From Planctomycetota bacterium (lineage in GTDB: Bacteria > Planctomycetota > Phycisphaerae > Phycisphaerales > UBA1924), in the NCBI GenBank assembly GCA_039822905.1, contig JBCBMF010000001.1, forward strand, positions 1 to 62,883: 62,883 bases of DNA. Direction: 5' to 3'. Of the stretch, positions 1-8,740 are shown piece by piece. Under the pieces are notes generated by a model. That model did not search any database, had not been told where the DNA came from, and worked only from the letters and a program-made list of their open reading frames with translations. Each line of letters opens with the position of its first letter. Positions within the stretch are counted from its first letter, which is position 1. A program made the position numbers and the translations under genes.

Positions 1-101
1 ACACATCCCCACGTTCGAAACCAAGGTTGTGCTAGTCCTGACGCCCGTGGATCAGGAGCGTTTAGACCGAACGGACCCGTAGCGGTTCGTTTTTCGGCAG
101 C

Positions 102-1532
102 TCAATCAAGCCGAAGGGTCAGCGTCTGCCGATCCCCGTCACGCTCGATGCCAATGCGAACCCTCTTGCCGCGCAGAGCCTCTGCCCGCCCCATCGCCGC
201 GTAGAACGAGAGCTCGTCGGTCACCTCTTCGCCGTTGACGCTGAGGATGAGATCGCCGCGGCGGAACCCCGCGCGGGCGGCATCTCCCCGCTCGAACACG
301 CCCTCGACCTGCACCATCGGCTGCAGGTTCGCCGACCGCAACTCACGGACCTGGATCCCCGCGCGCCACAACGCCGGCCGGAGCGCCGACCGCTGGAGCG
401 TACTATCCGGGAACTCCGCGAGATGCACCTCAGTGCTCACGGATTCGCCGTCGCGCCACAATTCCACATCGATCCGTGCACCGGGTCTCGCCGTCGAGAT
501 CACCGAACTCAAATGATGCCATTCGCGGATCTCGTTCTCGCCGATCCGTGTGATGATGTCGCCCGGCTCGATGCCCGCGCGATCCGCGGCCAGCCCGTCT
601 TCAACCGAAGCAACCAGAATGCCTCGGCCGACAAATTCGCCCTCGCGATCGAGCACATCCGTCGACTGGCCGCGACCGCGGGCCGAGGTGATGCCGAGGA
701 ACCCCCGCCGGACCTCGCCCTGGTCGACGATCTGACCAACGACAGACTCCACGACACCCAGCGGGATCGCGAAGCTGATGCCCGCCGACTGCCCCTGGTT
801 GTTCGAGCTCTGCCGCGAACCCGTCGCGATCGCAACGTTCATACCAACAAGCTCGCCGTACACGTTCACCAGCGGCCCGCCCGAGTTGCCCGGATTCACA
901 GCCGCGTCTGTCTGGATGTAATTCGTGAACGCGTTGCCGGTCGAACCCGTCCGCGGGTTCCGCCCAAGTCCTGAAACGATGCCCTCGCTCATGCTGAACT
1001 TGAAGTTAAACGGCGAACCGAACGCGTACACACGATCACCGAGCGCGACACGCCGCGACGAGTCACGCTTGACCGGAATCACACCAATCCCGGGATCGAC
1101 CTTCAGCACAGCGATATCGGTAAACGCGTCGGCCTCAACAAGTCGCGCCGTTGCCGTGCGCCCGTTCGCAAACTCGATCTGCGCCGACTCCGCCGCACCG
1201 ATGACGTGCGCATTCGTAACAATGTGCCCCTCGGTGTCGTACACCCATCCCGAACCCGAGGCACCGGGCCCAAAGATCGCCTCACCGTCCCCGGCGCGGA
1301 GCGTCACCTCGATGTGCACAACGGACGGCTTCACGGCCTCGGCCACCCGACGCGTCGCGCGGTCGATCCGCTCAAGAATGTCGTCGTCCTGCAACACCTG
1401 GCGAGCAAGAACGACCTCGGCCTGTGTGCGGGTGAACACCAACCGCTGCACTATCACCGGCCCGAGGAACGTCACTGCGGCAAGCACCGCGAGCACAACA
1501 AAGGCCGGTCCAAACGCCACAATCCGTCGCAT
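102..1532 (-). CDS. htrA: HtrA/DegP-family periplasmic serine endoprotease with two PDZ domains
   Basis: 476-aa ORF. N-terminal membrane anchor/signal (FGPAFVVLAVLAAVTFLG). S1C catalytic motifs TNAHV, DIAVLKV and GNSGGPL. Two PDZ-like segments follow (GDIITRIG, GDLILSVNG). ATG at 1532 checked. Confidence 0.92.
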   Translation of the reverse strand: MRRIVAFGPAFVVLAVLAAVTFLGPVIVQRLVFTRTQAEVVLARQVLQDDDILERIDRATRRVAEAVKPSVVHIEVTLRAGDGEAIFGPGASGSGWVYDTEGHIVTNAHVIGAAESAQIEFANGRTATARLVEADAFTDIAVLKVDPGIGVIPVKRDSSRRVALGDRVYAFGSPFNFKFSMSEGIVSGLGRNPRTGSTGNAFTNYIQTDAAVNPGNSGGPLVNVYGELVGMNVAIATGSRQSSNNQGQSAGISFAIPLGVVESVVGQIVDQGEVRRGFLGITSARGRGQSTDVLDREGEFVGRGILVASVEDGLAADRAGIEPGDIITRIGENEIREWHHLSSVISTARPGARIDVELWRDGESVSTEVHLAEFPDSTLQRSALRPALWRAGIQVRELRSANLQPMVQVEGVFERGDAARAGFRRGDLILSVNGEEVTDELSFYAAMGRAEALRGKRVRIGIERDGDRQTLTLRLD

Positions 1533-1718
1533 CAGCGGCTCCTGCTCGGCGTGATCCCCACGCCGCTCCGTTCATCGTCCGTAGACGCTTTCGCTCTCGA
1601 TCTCTCTCGGTTGCACCAGACATCTGGCACGCAAACCGCCCGGCTCACCGGTTCGGCCCGCACAAGCCAACGGCCACAGCACCACATTACCGGACAGCAC
1701 CCGATCGCACAACCGCTG

Positions 1719-2603
1719 CTAGGCCCGACCCCGGGCCTCGAACCGCTCGAGCTCTCCCTCGCGCATCGCGTAGCCCTTCCCGCCGATCGACCGAGCACGC
1801 ACGCGCCGAGCCCAGTCAACACCGGCTTCCTGCAACGCGGGCCCAAGCGACGCCGACCGCTCGGCAAACCGCGGCGGCGCGTCCGTCATTCCGACCAGGT
1901 CCTGCAACACAAGGATCTGCCCATCGCACGCCGCGCCCGCGCCGATGCCAATCACCGGCACACGCGTCCGCTCAAGAACCCGGTCCGCAACAACGTCGGG
2001 TACGGCCTCAATCAGCAGCATCACCGCGCCGGCCTGCTCGAGCGCCACGGCATCGTCGACGATCCGCTGCGCTTCGGCCGCGGTCCGACCCGCCGATCCA
2101 TAACCGCCGTCGAGCGCCGCCGTCTGAGGCCGCGACCCAACATGCCCACACACCGCGATGCCTGCACCAGCCATTCTCGCAACAAGGGGCGCGAACCCCG
2201 CGTCCGCTTCGAGCTTCACGATGTCCGCCGTCCCCTCGGTCATGAACCGACCCGCGTTGCGGACCGCTTCGTCGTCGCCGCAGTGATAGCTCAGAAACGG
2301 CATGTCGCCCATGACCATCGCACGATCAGCGCCCCTCCGCACGGCCGCGGTTAGCGCGATCGCGATGTCTAGCGGCATGTCGATCGTCCGCTCGTAGCCC
2401 AGGATCAACTCCGCCGCCGTGTCGCCGATCAGCAACACATCGACGCCCGCGCGATCGAGCCACCGAGCGCTCGTCGCGTCGTAGCACGTCAGGCACGCGA
2501 ACGCATTACCCCGAGCCTTCATAGCCCGCAGCGTCCGCATCGTCACCCGCTCACGCGACGAACCCGCTACCGTCGTCTCAGCCACACCATTTCCCTGCGC
2601 CAT
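1719..2603 (-). CDS. panB: 3-methyl-2-oxobutanoate hydroxymethyltransferase (ketopantoate hydroxymethyltransferase)
   Basis: Collinear with PanB: FACLTCYDA...LLIGDTAAELILGYERT...MGDMPFLSYH...VKLE...VCGHVG. The longest ORF reaches 2633. I prefer the ATG at 2603 because it does not overlap the divergent GTG at 2619. Confidence 0.9.
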   Translation of the reverse strand: MAQGNGVAETTVAGSSRERVTMRTLRAMKARGNAFACLTCYDATSARWLDRAGVDVLLIGDTAAELILGYERTIDMPLDIAIALTAAVRRGADRAMVMGDMPFLSYHCGDDEAVRNAGRFMTEGTADIVKLEADAGFAPLVARMAGAGIAVCGHVGSRPQTAALDGGYGSAGRTAAEAQRIVDDAVALEQAGAVMLLIEAVPDVVADRVLERTRVPVIGIGAGAACDGQILVLQDLVGMTDAPPRFAERSASLGPALQEAGVDWARRVRARSIGGKGYAMREGELERFEARGRA

Positions 2604-2618
2604 ACATCGACAAGGATA

Positions 2619-3350
2619 GTGCCGATCAAGCACCGCCGCCTCACACCCGAGCTGATGGACGACCCCGCCGTCGATCGCGACGCGCTCGACGACGCTCTCG
2701 GCTACATCCGAGGCGTCAACAAACGCCTCGGCGGCGTGTCATCGCTCATCCGCCACCTCGAACGCTGGAGCACCCGCTGGCCGACCGACCAGCCGATCAC
2801 CCTACTCGACATCGCCACGGGCTCGGCTGACCTGCCGCTCGAAGCCGTCCGCTGGGCCAAAGCCCGCGGCTTCGACCTGCGCGTCACCGGCGTCGATGTC
2901 CACGAAACCACGCTCGAACTCGCCCGGGAGCACATCGCCCGAGAGCCCGACCTCGCCGGGTCGATCACACTCGATCTCGCCGACGCGCTAACGCTCGACG
3001 AGACCTTCGCCGACGACAGCTTCGACTACGTCCACGCCGGCCTGTTCCTCCACCACCTGACCGACATCCAGATCAAGCTCGTGCTCCGCATGATGGACCG
3101 CATCGCCAGACGCGGCATCGTCTGGAACGATCTCGTGCGATCCACCGTCGGCCGAGCGTTCATCCACGTCGCAACGATCGGCAAGCCCGCGATCATCCGC
3201 CACGACGCCCGCGTCTCCGTCGAAGCCGGCTTCACCAAAAACGAGGTCCTCGACTACGCCAAGCGGCTCGACCTGACCTATTGCAACTACGAGTGGAATC
3301 TGTTTACGCACCGCTTCACACTCGCCGGGGAGCGCCGCAATGCGTGGTAG
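2619..3350 (+). CDS. class I SAM-dependent methyltransferase
   Basis: 243-aa ORF with a GTG start. SAM motif I LLDIATGSADLP, and later FDYVHAGLFLHHL and GIVWNDL, which are typical of Methyltransf_12/25-type enzymes. Confidence 0.8.
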   Translation: MPIKHRRLTPELMDDPAVDRDALDDALGYIRGVNKRLGGVSSLIRHLERWSTRWPTDQPITLLDIATGSADLPLEAVRWAKARGFDLRVTGVDVHETTLELAREHIAREPDLAGSITLDLADALTLDETFADDSFDYVHAGLFLHHLTDIQIKLVLRMMDRIARRGIVWNDLVRSTVGRAFIHVATIGKPAIIRHDARVSVEAGFTKNEVLDYAKRLDLTYCNYEWNLFTHRFTLAGERRNAW

Positions 3351-4413
3351 CCTCGTCGCGATCATCGGCGCGGGCGCAGGCGGCGCTTCGCTCGCGCTCA
3401 GGCTGGCACGCGCCGGCTTCGATGTCACCATCATCGAGTCGCAAGCCTTCCCACGAGCCAAGGTCTGCGGCGAGTTCATCTCGCCCGCGGCAACGCCAGA
3501 TCTTGAATCGGTCCTGACGCCCGACGAGCTGCGCGAAGCGGGAGCCACCCGCGTGCGCACGCTCGCGCTCGAACTCGGCGACAGGCAACGCACGTGGAAC
3601 ATGCCCGAGCCTGCATGGGCGCTGAGCCGACGCTCGCTCGATGCGCTGCTGATCGAGAAGGCATCAGCCGCAGGCGCGCACGTCCTCCAGCCCGTCCGTG
3701 TCGCCAGCGTCGAGTACAACGATAACTCAGCGACGATCCACTTCGCCTCGCGCGACAGCATCGACGCCGACCTTGTCATCCACGCCGACGGCTCGGGCCG
3801 ATTCGACCCGGCCGGCCCGACACCCAAAGCCAAATCACTCGTTGGCCTCAAGTGCCACGCCAGACCGAACAGGCCCATCCGCGGCATCCGAATGCGATCG
3901 GCAGCCGGCGTCTACTGCGGAGCCATCGGCATCGAAGACGGCCTCGCCACCTTCGCCATGTGCGCAACCCCCCAGGCCCTAACTGCACACAAGGGCGACC
4001 GCGACGCCCTGCTCGCGGCCGTCTGGCCCGGCTTCACACCCAACCAACGCGAAGGCCCCTGGATGACCTCCGCCGTCGCACGATCGCGGTACACCCGCCC
4101 CGGCCACCCGCGATCTTTCCGCATCGGCAACGCCGCCGCCGCCGTTGATCCGGTCGGCGGCGAAGGCATCGGCCTCGCGCTCTGGTCCGCCGCCAGACTC
4201 GCCGAGCTGCTGGAAACAGAGACCGACCTGCGCGCAATCCACGATCGGTTCGCCACGCTTTACAAGCGCCGCCTACGCACACGCTTGCCTGCCTGCCGCT
4301 CCGCCGCCGAGGTGCTGCTCAGACCCAGACTCGTGCGAGCACTCTGGCCGCTGCTCAGCGTGCCGTCGCTCACCGTCAGACCCTGGTACGCCCTCACCGG
4401 CAAGCCCGCCTGA
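3340..4413 (+). CDS. NAD(P)/FAD-dependent oxidoreductase (geranylgeranyl-reductase-like flavoprotein)
   Basis: N-terminal dinucleotide fold VAIIGAGAGGASLALRLARAGFDVTIIE, then CGEFISP, and a C-terminal GNAAAAVDPVGGEGI motif. Overlaps the upstream methyltransferase by 11 nt, so they probably form an operon. Confidence 0.8.
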   Translation: MRGSLVAIIGAGAGGASLALRLARAGFDVTIIESQAFPRAKVCGEFISPAATPDLESVLTPDELREAGATRVRTLALELGDRQRTWNMPEPAWALSRRSLDALLIEKASAAGAHVLQPVRVASVEYNDNSATIHFASRDSIDADLVIHADGSGRFDPAGPTPKAKSLVGLKCHARPNRPIRGIRMRSAAGVYCGAIGIEDGLATFAMCATPQALTAHKGDRDALLAAVWPGFTPNQREGPWMTSAVARSRYTRPGHPRSFRIGNAAAAVDPVGGEGIGLALWSAARLAELLETETDLRAIHDRFATLYKRRLRTRLPACRSAAEVLLRPRLVRALWPLLSVPSLTVRPWYALTGKPA

Positions 4414-4451
4414 CCGCGTCGGCCACGCCCACCCGGGCTACGCTGCCCGCC

Positions 4452-5006
4452 ATGGAGTGGTACATCCCCTTTCTCATCTTCCTCGCACGCATCGGCGACG
4501 TGTCCATCGGCACCGTCCGCACCATGCTCATGCTGCAGGGCTACCGACTCACCGCCGCATCGCTCGGCGTCATCGAGGTCACCATCTGGGTGCTCGCCGT
4601 CGCGGGAGTCGTGACCAACCTCACCGAACCGACGGCCATCGCCGGCTACGCCCTCGGCTTCGGCACCGGCGTCTACGTCGGCGTCTGGATCGAGGACAAG
4701 CTTGCGCTCGGCTACCGCATGGTCCGCATCGTGTGCACCGAAGAAAGCGTGCACCTGCCCGACCACCTGCGCGAGAAGGGTTTCCGCGTCACGCAGGTCA
4801 ACGGCAAGGGCCGCGAGGCCCACGTGCACATCGCCTTCACCGTGATCAAACGCAAAGAGCTCGCGCAGCTCCGGCACGCCGTCGCCGAGGTCGCGCCCAA
4901 GGCGTTTGTCACCGTCGAACGCGTCGACCGCCACGAGGGTGCCAGCTTCGGCGATGTCCGCGCGATCCGCCGCCGCCGGCTACTCCGCCAGCACGTTCGA
5001 AAGTAA
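4452..5006 (+). CDS. UPF0316/DUF2179-family membrane protein
   Basis: 184 aa. Three N-terminal TM helices (YIPFLIFLARIGDVSIGTVRTM..., GVIEVTIWVLAVAGV, AIAGYALGFGTGVYVGVWI), then a soluble ferredoxin-like tail. This architecture matches the UPF0316 family. Confidence 0.7.
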   Translation: MEWYIPFLIFLARIGDVSIGTVRTMLMLQGYRLTAASLGVIEVTIWVLAVAGVVTNLTEPTAIAGYALGFGTGVYVGVWIEDKLALGYRMVRIVCTEESVHLPDHLREKGFRVTQVNGKGREAHVHIAFTVIKRKELAQLRHAVAEVAPKAFVTVERVDRHEGASFGDVRAIRRRRLLRQHVRK

Positions 5007-5020
5007 TCTGCGAACTCCGG

Positions 5021-6055
5021 TTACTGGCCGAAGAACGCCCGGTGATGCTCCAGAATCTCCTCGGCCATCGCCTCGGTCGATTCATCATCCTCCTGGTTCG
5101 GCTCGAACGAACCGCCCAGAATCAGCGCATCCTCACGCGGGAACATGTATTTGTAGCTGTCGTGCACGATGTACCCGAGCTCCTGCGGCTCAAGGTGCAC
5201 GAGCACGCCCCGCGCGCCGTACATCTTCTGGTCGTTGAACACAGTCTTGCTGCCCATCGCCAGGCAGTTCACGACCACATCGCCCTCGACGGCTTTCGCA
5301 TCCGCGAGCGACTCGACCCGCTGCTCGATGAAGCCGACCTTCTTCTTCTGGCAGGCCTCGTGAAGCGTCCGCATGAACCGCGGCGTGTGCATGAAGTTCG
5401 CGCGAAACAGCCGGCCCTCCTTGATCGAGCCCGGCTTCGGCTCGGCCTTAGTCAGCTCCCGCGGCGCACCCATCACGCCCGACTCGAAGTACTCCGGGTG
5501 CTCCTCGGAATCCGCCGGCTCGTAGACCGGCAGCTCCTCCACGCCCCAGAGCCCGCGGTCGAGCATGCCAAAGCGCTTGGCCGACCGACGCAGGATGTCG
5601 TTAAACCGCGCCCGATCCGCCTTCTTCTTCGGGAAGTCGATGCCCGTCGGCAGCCAGAGCGCACCGGCAACGACACTCGTCGTCTCCTCGCCGAAGCTCT
5701 CGGCGACCACCGTCACGCTGTGGCCCTGCTCTGCAAGAACAAGCGCACTCGTCAGGCCGGTCACGCCGCCACCGAGCACTGCGACGTCGGCTTTCTCACC
5801 GGCGGCCTCCTTGACCATCTCGGCAACGAGCTCGGCGCACCCCCAGCTCAGCGTCACGCCGCAGCCGCCCTGGCCGTAGTTGTGGATCACCGTTCGGCTG
5901 CCCAGCTTGCCGGGCTGCAGCTTCAGCCCGCCCTCCCGGCAGGGGCGGATACCCGCGACCACGCGCATCACCATGTCATCCGAAAGGTCCGGCACGGGCA
6001 GCTTGCCGCCCATCGACCGGCTCGAGCCACGCGGCTTGCTCATCATCCGACTCAT
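5021..6055 (-). CDS. D-amino-acid-oxidase-family FAD flavoprotein with circularly permuted segment order
   Basis: 344 aa. The DAO signature VIHNYGQGGCGVTLSWGCA lies at aa 56-74, upstream of the Rossmann motif VAVLGGGVTGLTSAL at aa 91-105. The remainder is collinear with DAAO (TSVVAGALWLP, VESL..GDVVVNCLAMGS, GARGVLVHL, LILGGSFEPN). The ATG at 6055 overlaps the upstream stop as ATGA. Confidence 0.85.
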   Translation of the reverse strand: MSRMMSKPRGSSRSMGGKLPVPDLSDDMVMRVVAGIRPCREGGLKLQPGKLGSRTVIHNYGQGGCGVTLSWGCAELVAEMVKEAAGEKADVAVLGGGVTGLTSALVLAEQGHSVTVVAESFGEETTSVVAGALWLPTGIDFPKKKADRARFNDILRRSAKRFGMLDRGLWGVEELPVYEPADSEEHPEYFESGVMGAPRELTKAEPKPGSIKEGRLFRANFMHTPRFMRTLHEACQKKKVGFIEQRVESLADAKAVEGDVVVNCLAMGSKTVFNDQKMYGARGVLVHLEPQELGYIVHDSYKYMFPREDALILGGSFEPNQEDDESTEAMAEEILEHHRAFFGQ

Positions 6056-7083
6056 GGTTTCGTTAGCTCCACATCAAGGCGCTCGCCGTCCGGCAGCGTC
6101 AACTCGAACTGCATCCCACCGCCATCAAGACGCCGGAACACCATCCCTCCAAGGTCATCGGTCCCCTTGGATCGTAGGACCAAACCCGTCTCGCGAACCC
6201 GGCCGACCACCTCCCACACCAGCGACCGCAGCGGCTCGTTCAGCCCGACCTCGCGGATCTGCCACGACGCCGTGCGCGCATCCCAAGCCGCGACAAGCAC
6301 CGCCGACACCCGAACATCCCCGCGGTCAACCTCAGCCGACACAAGAAACCCGAGCCCACGCAGCACGCTCGACACCCGAACATCCACGCCCTCGGCCGAC
6401 CACTCCCCAACCATCCAGTCCGTCAGCCGTGCCTGCTCGGCATCCACTGCGGGAGTCGCGGGCACTGCATCGATGCGCATCGGGCCGGGCTGGCTCTCCG
6501 ACTCCCGCACATAGTCCATCGCCCACGTCGCCGTCCACACCTGCCCGTTCACCGGCCGCTGCAGCTGCACGCGGAACGCATTGCCCGAGACATCCCCGAC
6601 CACCGACCGCGTCGAAAGGTACTGGTCGACGTCGAAGTTCCCCAGGTACACCCGCGGCGGGTGCAGCACGATTCGGCCGTCCTCGAACGAGCCCTCGGTC
6701 CGCGTGAACTGGGCCGTCAGCGGTTCGCCCGCGGGCCAGTTCTTCAGCGTCGCCCACCGCCCCCGGACCGGGTCGAAGTACCGCAGTGTCAGCCCACAGA
6801 ACGCCTCGATCGCCCCATCTTCGCCCGCCCACCGTTCGAGAAGCAGCCGGCCGTCGAGCAGCAGCTCCGCCGACGAGCGAGCCACCCCCGCGTTGACGAA
6901 GACCTCGTTCTCAAGGTCCTGCCGTGTGTTCTCGATCAGCCAAGTGCCTGACCAAAAACCGAAATCATCGACAACCCGCCCGGATTCAACCGGCGGAGGC
7001 TCAGCCACCGTCTGCCCGAAGCCGTTGCCACCGCTCAAACTAGCGAGAATGCACAAGATGGGCAGGGCAAAAGGGTTCCGCAT
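6052..7083 (-). CDS. secreted hypothetical protein with two internal W-x-G-x-W beta-rich repeats
   Basis: The track ORF runs to 7587, but the upstream part is Arg/Asp-rich junk. A signal peptide MRNPFALPILCILASLSGGNGFGQT starts at the ATG at 7083 (checked). Two halves begin FGFWSGTWLIEN and LTDWMVGEWSAEG. Confidence 0.7.
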   Translation of the reverse strand: MRNPFALPILCILASLSGGNGFGQTVAEPPPVESGRVVDDFGFWSGTWLIENTRQDLENEVFVNAGVARSSAELLLDGRLLLERWAGEDGAIEAFCGLTLRYFDPVRGRWATLKNWPAGEPLTAQFTRTEGSFEDGRIVLHPPRVYLGNFDVDQYLSTRSVVGDVSGNAFRVQLQRPVNGQVWTATWAMDYVRESESQPGPMRIDAVPATPAVDAEQARLTDWMVGEWSAEGVDVRVSSVLRGLGFLVSAEVDRGDVRVSAVLVAAWDARTASWQIREVGLNEPLRSLVWEVVGRVRETGLVLRSKGTDDLGGMVFRRLDGGGMQFELTLPDGERLDVELTKP

Positions 7084-7122
7084 CCGGAAATCGTAGGACG
7101 GCAGGAGGTAGGCTGTGAAGCG

Positions 7123-7899
7123 ATGGCGGCCAGGCGCGTGCACAAGCCGATCTGGGGCTTCGGGTGGCTCGGCTGGAGCGGGATTGCCCTGCTGCTCGCG
7201 ATCATCACCGCCGTTGGCGTTGGTTTCGATATCCAGCACGCACTGATTCGAGCGATCCACGGAACACTCGGGTTCGACGCAACAGTGACGTACGTCGCGC
7301 GTGTTCAGACCTTCACGTGGTTCGGCATCCTCGGCTGCACCGCCAACGTCATCGTTCTGGCATCGATCGCCATCGGCTGGCGGCTCGCGTCGCGCCCGAT
7401 CCCGTGGTGGGCATGGGCCGCGGTCTCCATCGTGTGCGTCTCGTCGGCGATGCTCGCGCTCGAGCTTTCCAGTTCGCCCATGCTGCTGCCGCTCCGCACC
7501 CAGATGCAACTCTCGAGCTACGAGGCCAACCTGCTGGTCCATCTCAGCATGCTGGGGTTGCTCGCGATCTTCGTGCTCGCGTTGCAACGGACGCGCACCG
7601 GCGCAGCGCTGTGGCTAGCCGCGATTCTCGTCGCGGGAACAGACACGATCCTCGCGATCAACGACGTGGTCCCGCCGGCGTGGCACCTGTCACGCAGGCC
7701 ACCCAGCGGCCTCGTGTACATCGAGATCGGCCTGCTGCCCGTCGCGATGCAACTCCTCATTCTCGCGGCGATGCTGCACATCGGCATCTCATCGCGCCGC
7801 GCACCGGTAGAAGGGTGCTGCCAGTCATGCGGCTACGACCGCGTCGGACTTGCCCAAGACGCACCTTGCCCCGAATGCGCAGCAGCCCCGGAGGCCTAA
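7123..7899 (+). CDS. polytopic membrane protein with C-terminal zinc-ribbon motif (paralogue A)
   Basis: 258 aa with about 6-7 hydrophobic helices. The C-terminus is CCQSCGYDRVGLAQDAPCPEC (nt 7816-7878). Confidence 0.7.
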   Translation: MAARRVHKPIWGFGWLGWSGIALLLAIITAVGVGFDIQHALIRAIHGTLGFDATVTYVARVQTFTWFGILGCTANVIVLASIAIGWRLASRPIPWWAWAAVSIVCVSSAMLALELSSSPMLLPLRTQMQLSSYEANLLVHLSMLGLLAIFVLALQRTRTGAALWLAAILVAGTDTILAINDVVPPAWHLSRRPPSGLVYIEIGLLPVAMQLLILAAMLHIGISSRRAPVEGCCQSCGYDRVGLAQDAPCPECAAAPEA

Positions 7900-7903
7900 A
7901 CAC

Positions 7904-8740
7904 ATGGCGACACACAGCATTCGACGTCAGTTCACCGGCTTCGGCCCGATCGGCTGGCTCGCGGTGGGCCTGGGGCTGGTCGTCGCCGTCCCGCTCGCAC
8001 TCGACTCGGTGAATCACCGGATCACCGAGATGCTGTTTGTCTCGCTCGGTGCCGATCCGTCGATCCGCGCGATCGACCAGTGGACGCGGCTTGTCCGCCT
8101 CATCGCGTTCAACACCTCGAGCGGCCTGCTGCTGTTCCTCATCGTCGTTGCGGGCTGGTGGGCGGCGCGGCGACCTCTCGCCGGCAATCGTCTGGCCTTT
8201 GCGGTTGCGCTCTGCTTCGTCTGGCCGCTCGCGATCATCTACGTGTTCGCCGATCGCCCGACGGGGCCGCTCAACATGGCGTGGAACCTGTCCAGGGCCC
8301 ACGCACTCCGCGAGCTCGCACTGCTCAGCATGCTCCCTGTCCTCGGCGTCGTGGCGCTATCACAACGCAGAACAACAACCGCGATCACGCTCTGGATTGC
8401 AGGTACGCTCTTCGCCGCGTGGCCGCTGATCCTCGGCTGGCTCGATAGCAGCCACTCCAACCACCGCTACATCATGACCGGGTGGCGCTTCGCCCAGGGT
8501 GCATGGACGTACTGGTCAGAGGCCGGCACGCTCGCTCCCTTTGCGTGCTTCGCCGGGGCGATGGCGCACGCCGCTCACCGCAGCCGGCAGCTCGCACGAA
8601 CCTCGGAGTGCGAGCACTGCGAGTACAGCCGAGTGGGCCTCGCCGCGGACGCACCCTGCCCGGAGTGCGGCTACGTGCCCGCCGTCAACCCATCTCCTTC
8701 ACCGCCGCCAGCACCTCCTCCGCGTGGCCCGGCACCTTGA
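7904..8740 (+). CDS. polytopic membrane protein with C-terminal zinc-ribbon motif (paralogue B)
   Basis: ATG at 7904, 5 nt after the stop of paralogue A. Multiple TM helices. CEHCEYSRVGLAADAPCPEC at nt 8609-8668, followed by a Pro-rich tail. The 3' end overlaps convergent bcp by 56 nt. Confidence 0.65.
   Translation: MATHSIRRQFTGFGPIGWLAVGLGLVVAVPLALDSVNHRITEMLFVSLGADPSIRAIDQWTRLVRLIAFNTSSGLLLFLIVVAGWWAARRPLAGNRLAFAVALCFVWPLAIIYVFADRPTGPLNMAWNLSRAHALRELALLSMLPVLGVVALSQRRTTTAITLWIAGTLFAAWPLILGWLDSSHSNHRYIMTGWRFAQGAWTYWSEAGTLAPFACFAGAMAHAAHRSRQLARTSECEHCEYSRVGLAADAPCPECGYVPAVNPSPSPPPAPPPRGPAP

Noticed and set aside
1-101. tRNA-like TTCGAA box and a hairpin followed by TTTTT at the left edge
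   Set aside because: CACGTTCGAAACC has no complementary T-stem flanks. The CGAAC/GTTCG stem before TTTTT (about 68-92) is only 5 bp. This is too weak to call a tRNA or a terminator.
4145-6514. 789-aa plus-strand ORF spanning several genes
   Set aside because: It overlaps the UPF0316 gene in another frame and the DAO-like and secreted-protein genes in antisense. Its composition is Arg/Pro/His-rich with no recognisable domain.
7084-7587. N-terminal 168 codons of track ORF 6052-7587, and likewise 16344-17189 of ORF 14868-17189
   Set aside because: The upstream extensions lack protein-like composition and overlap the divergent genes. In both cases an internal ATG is followed directly by a signal peptide or TM helix and the recognisable protein.
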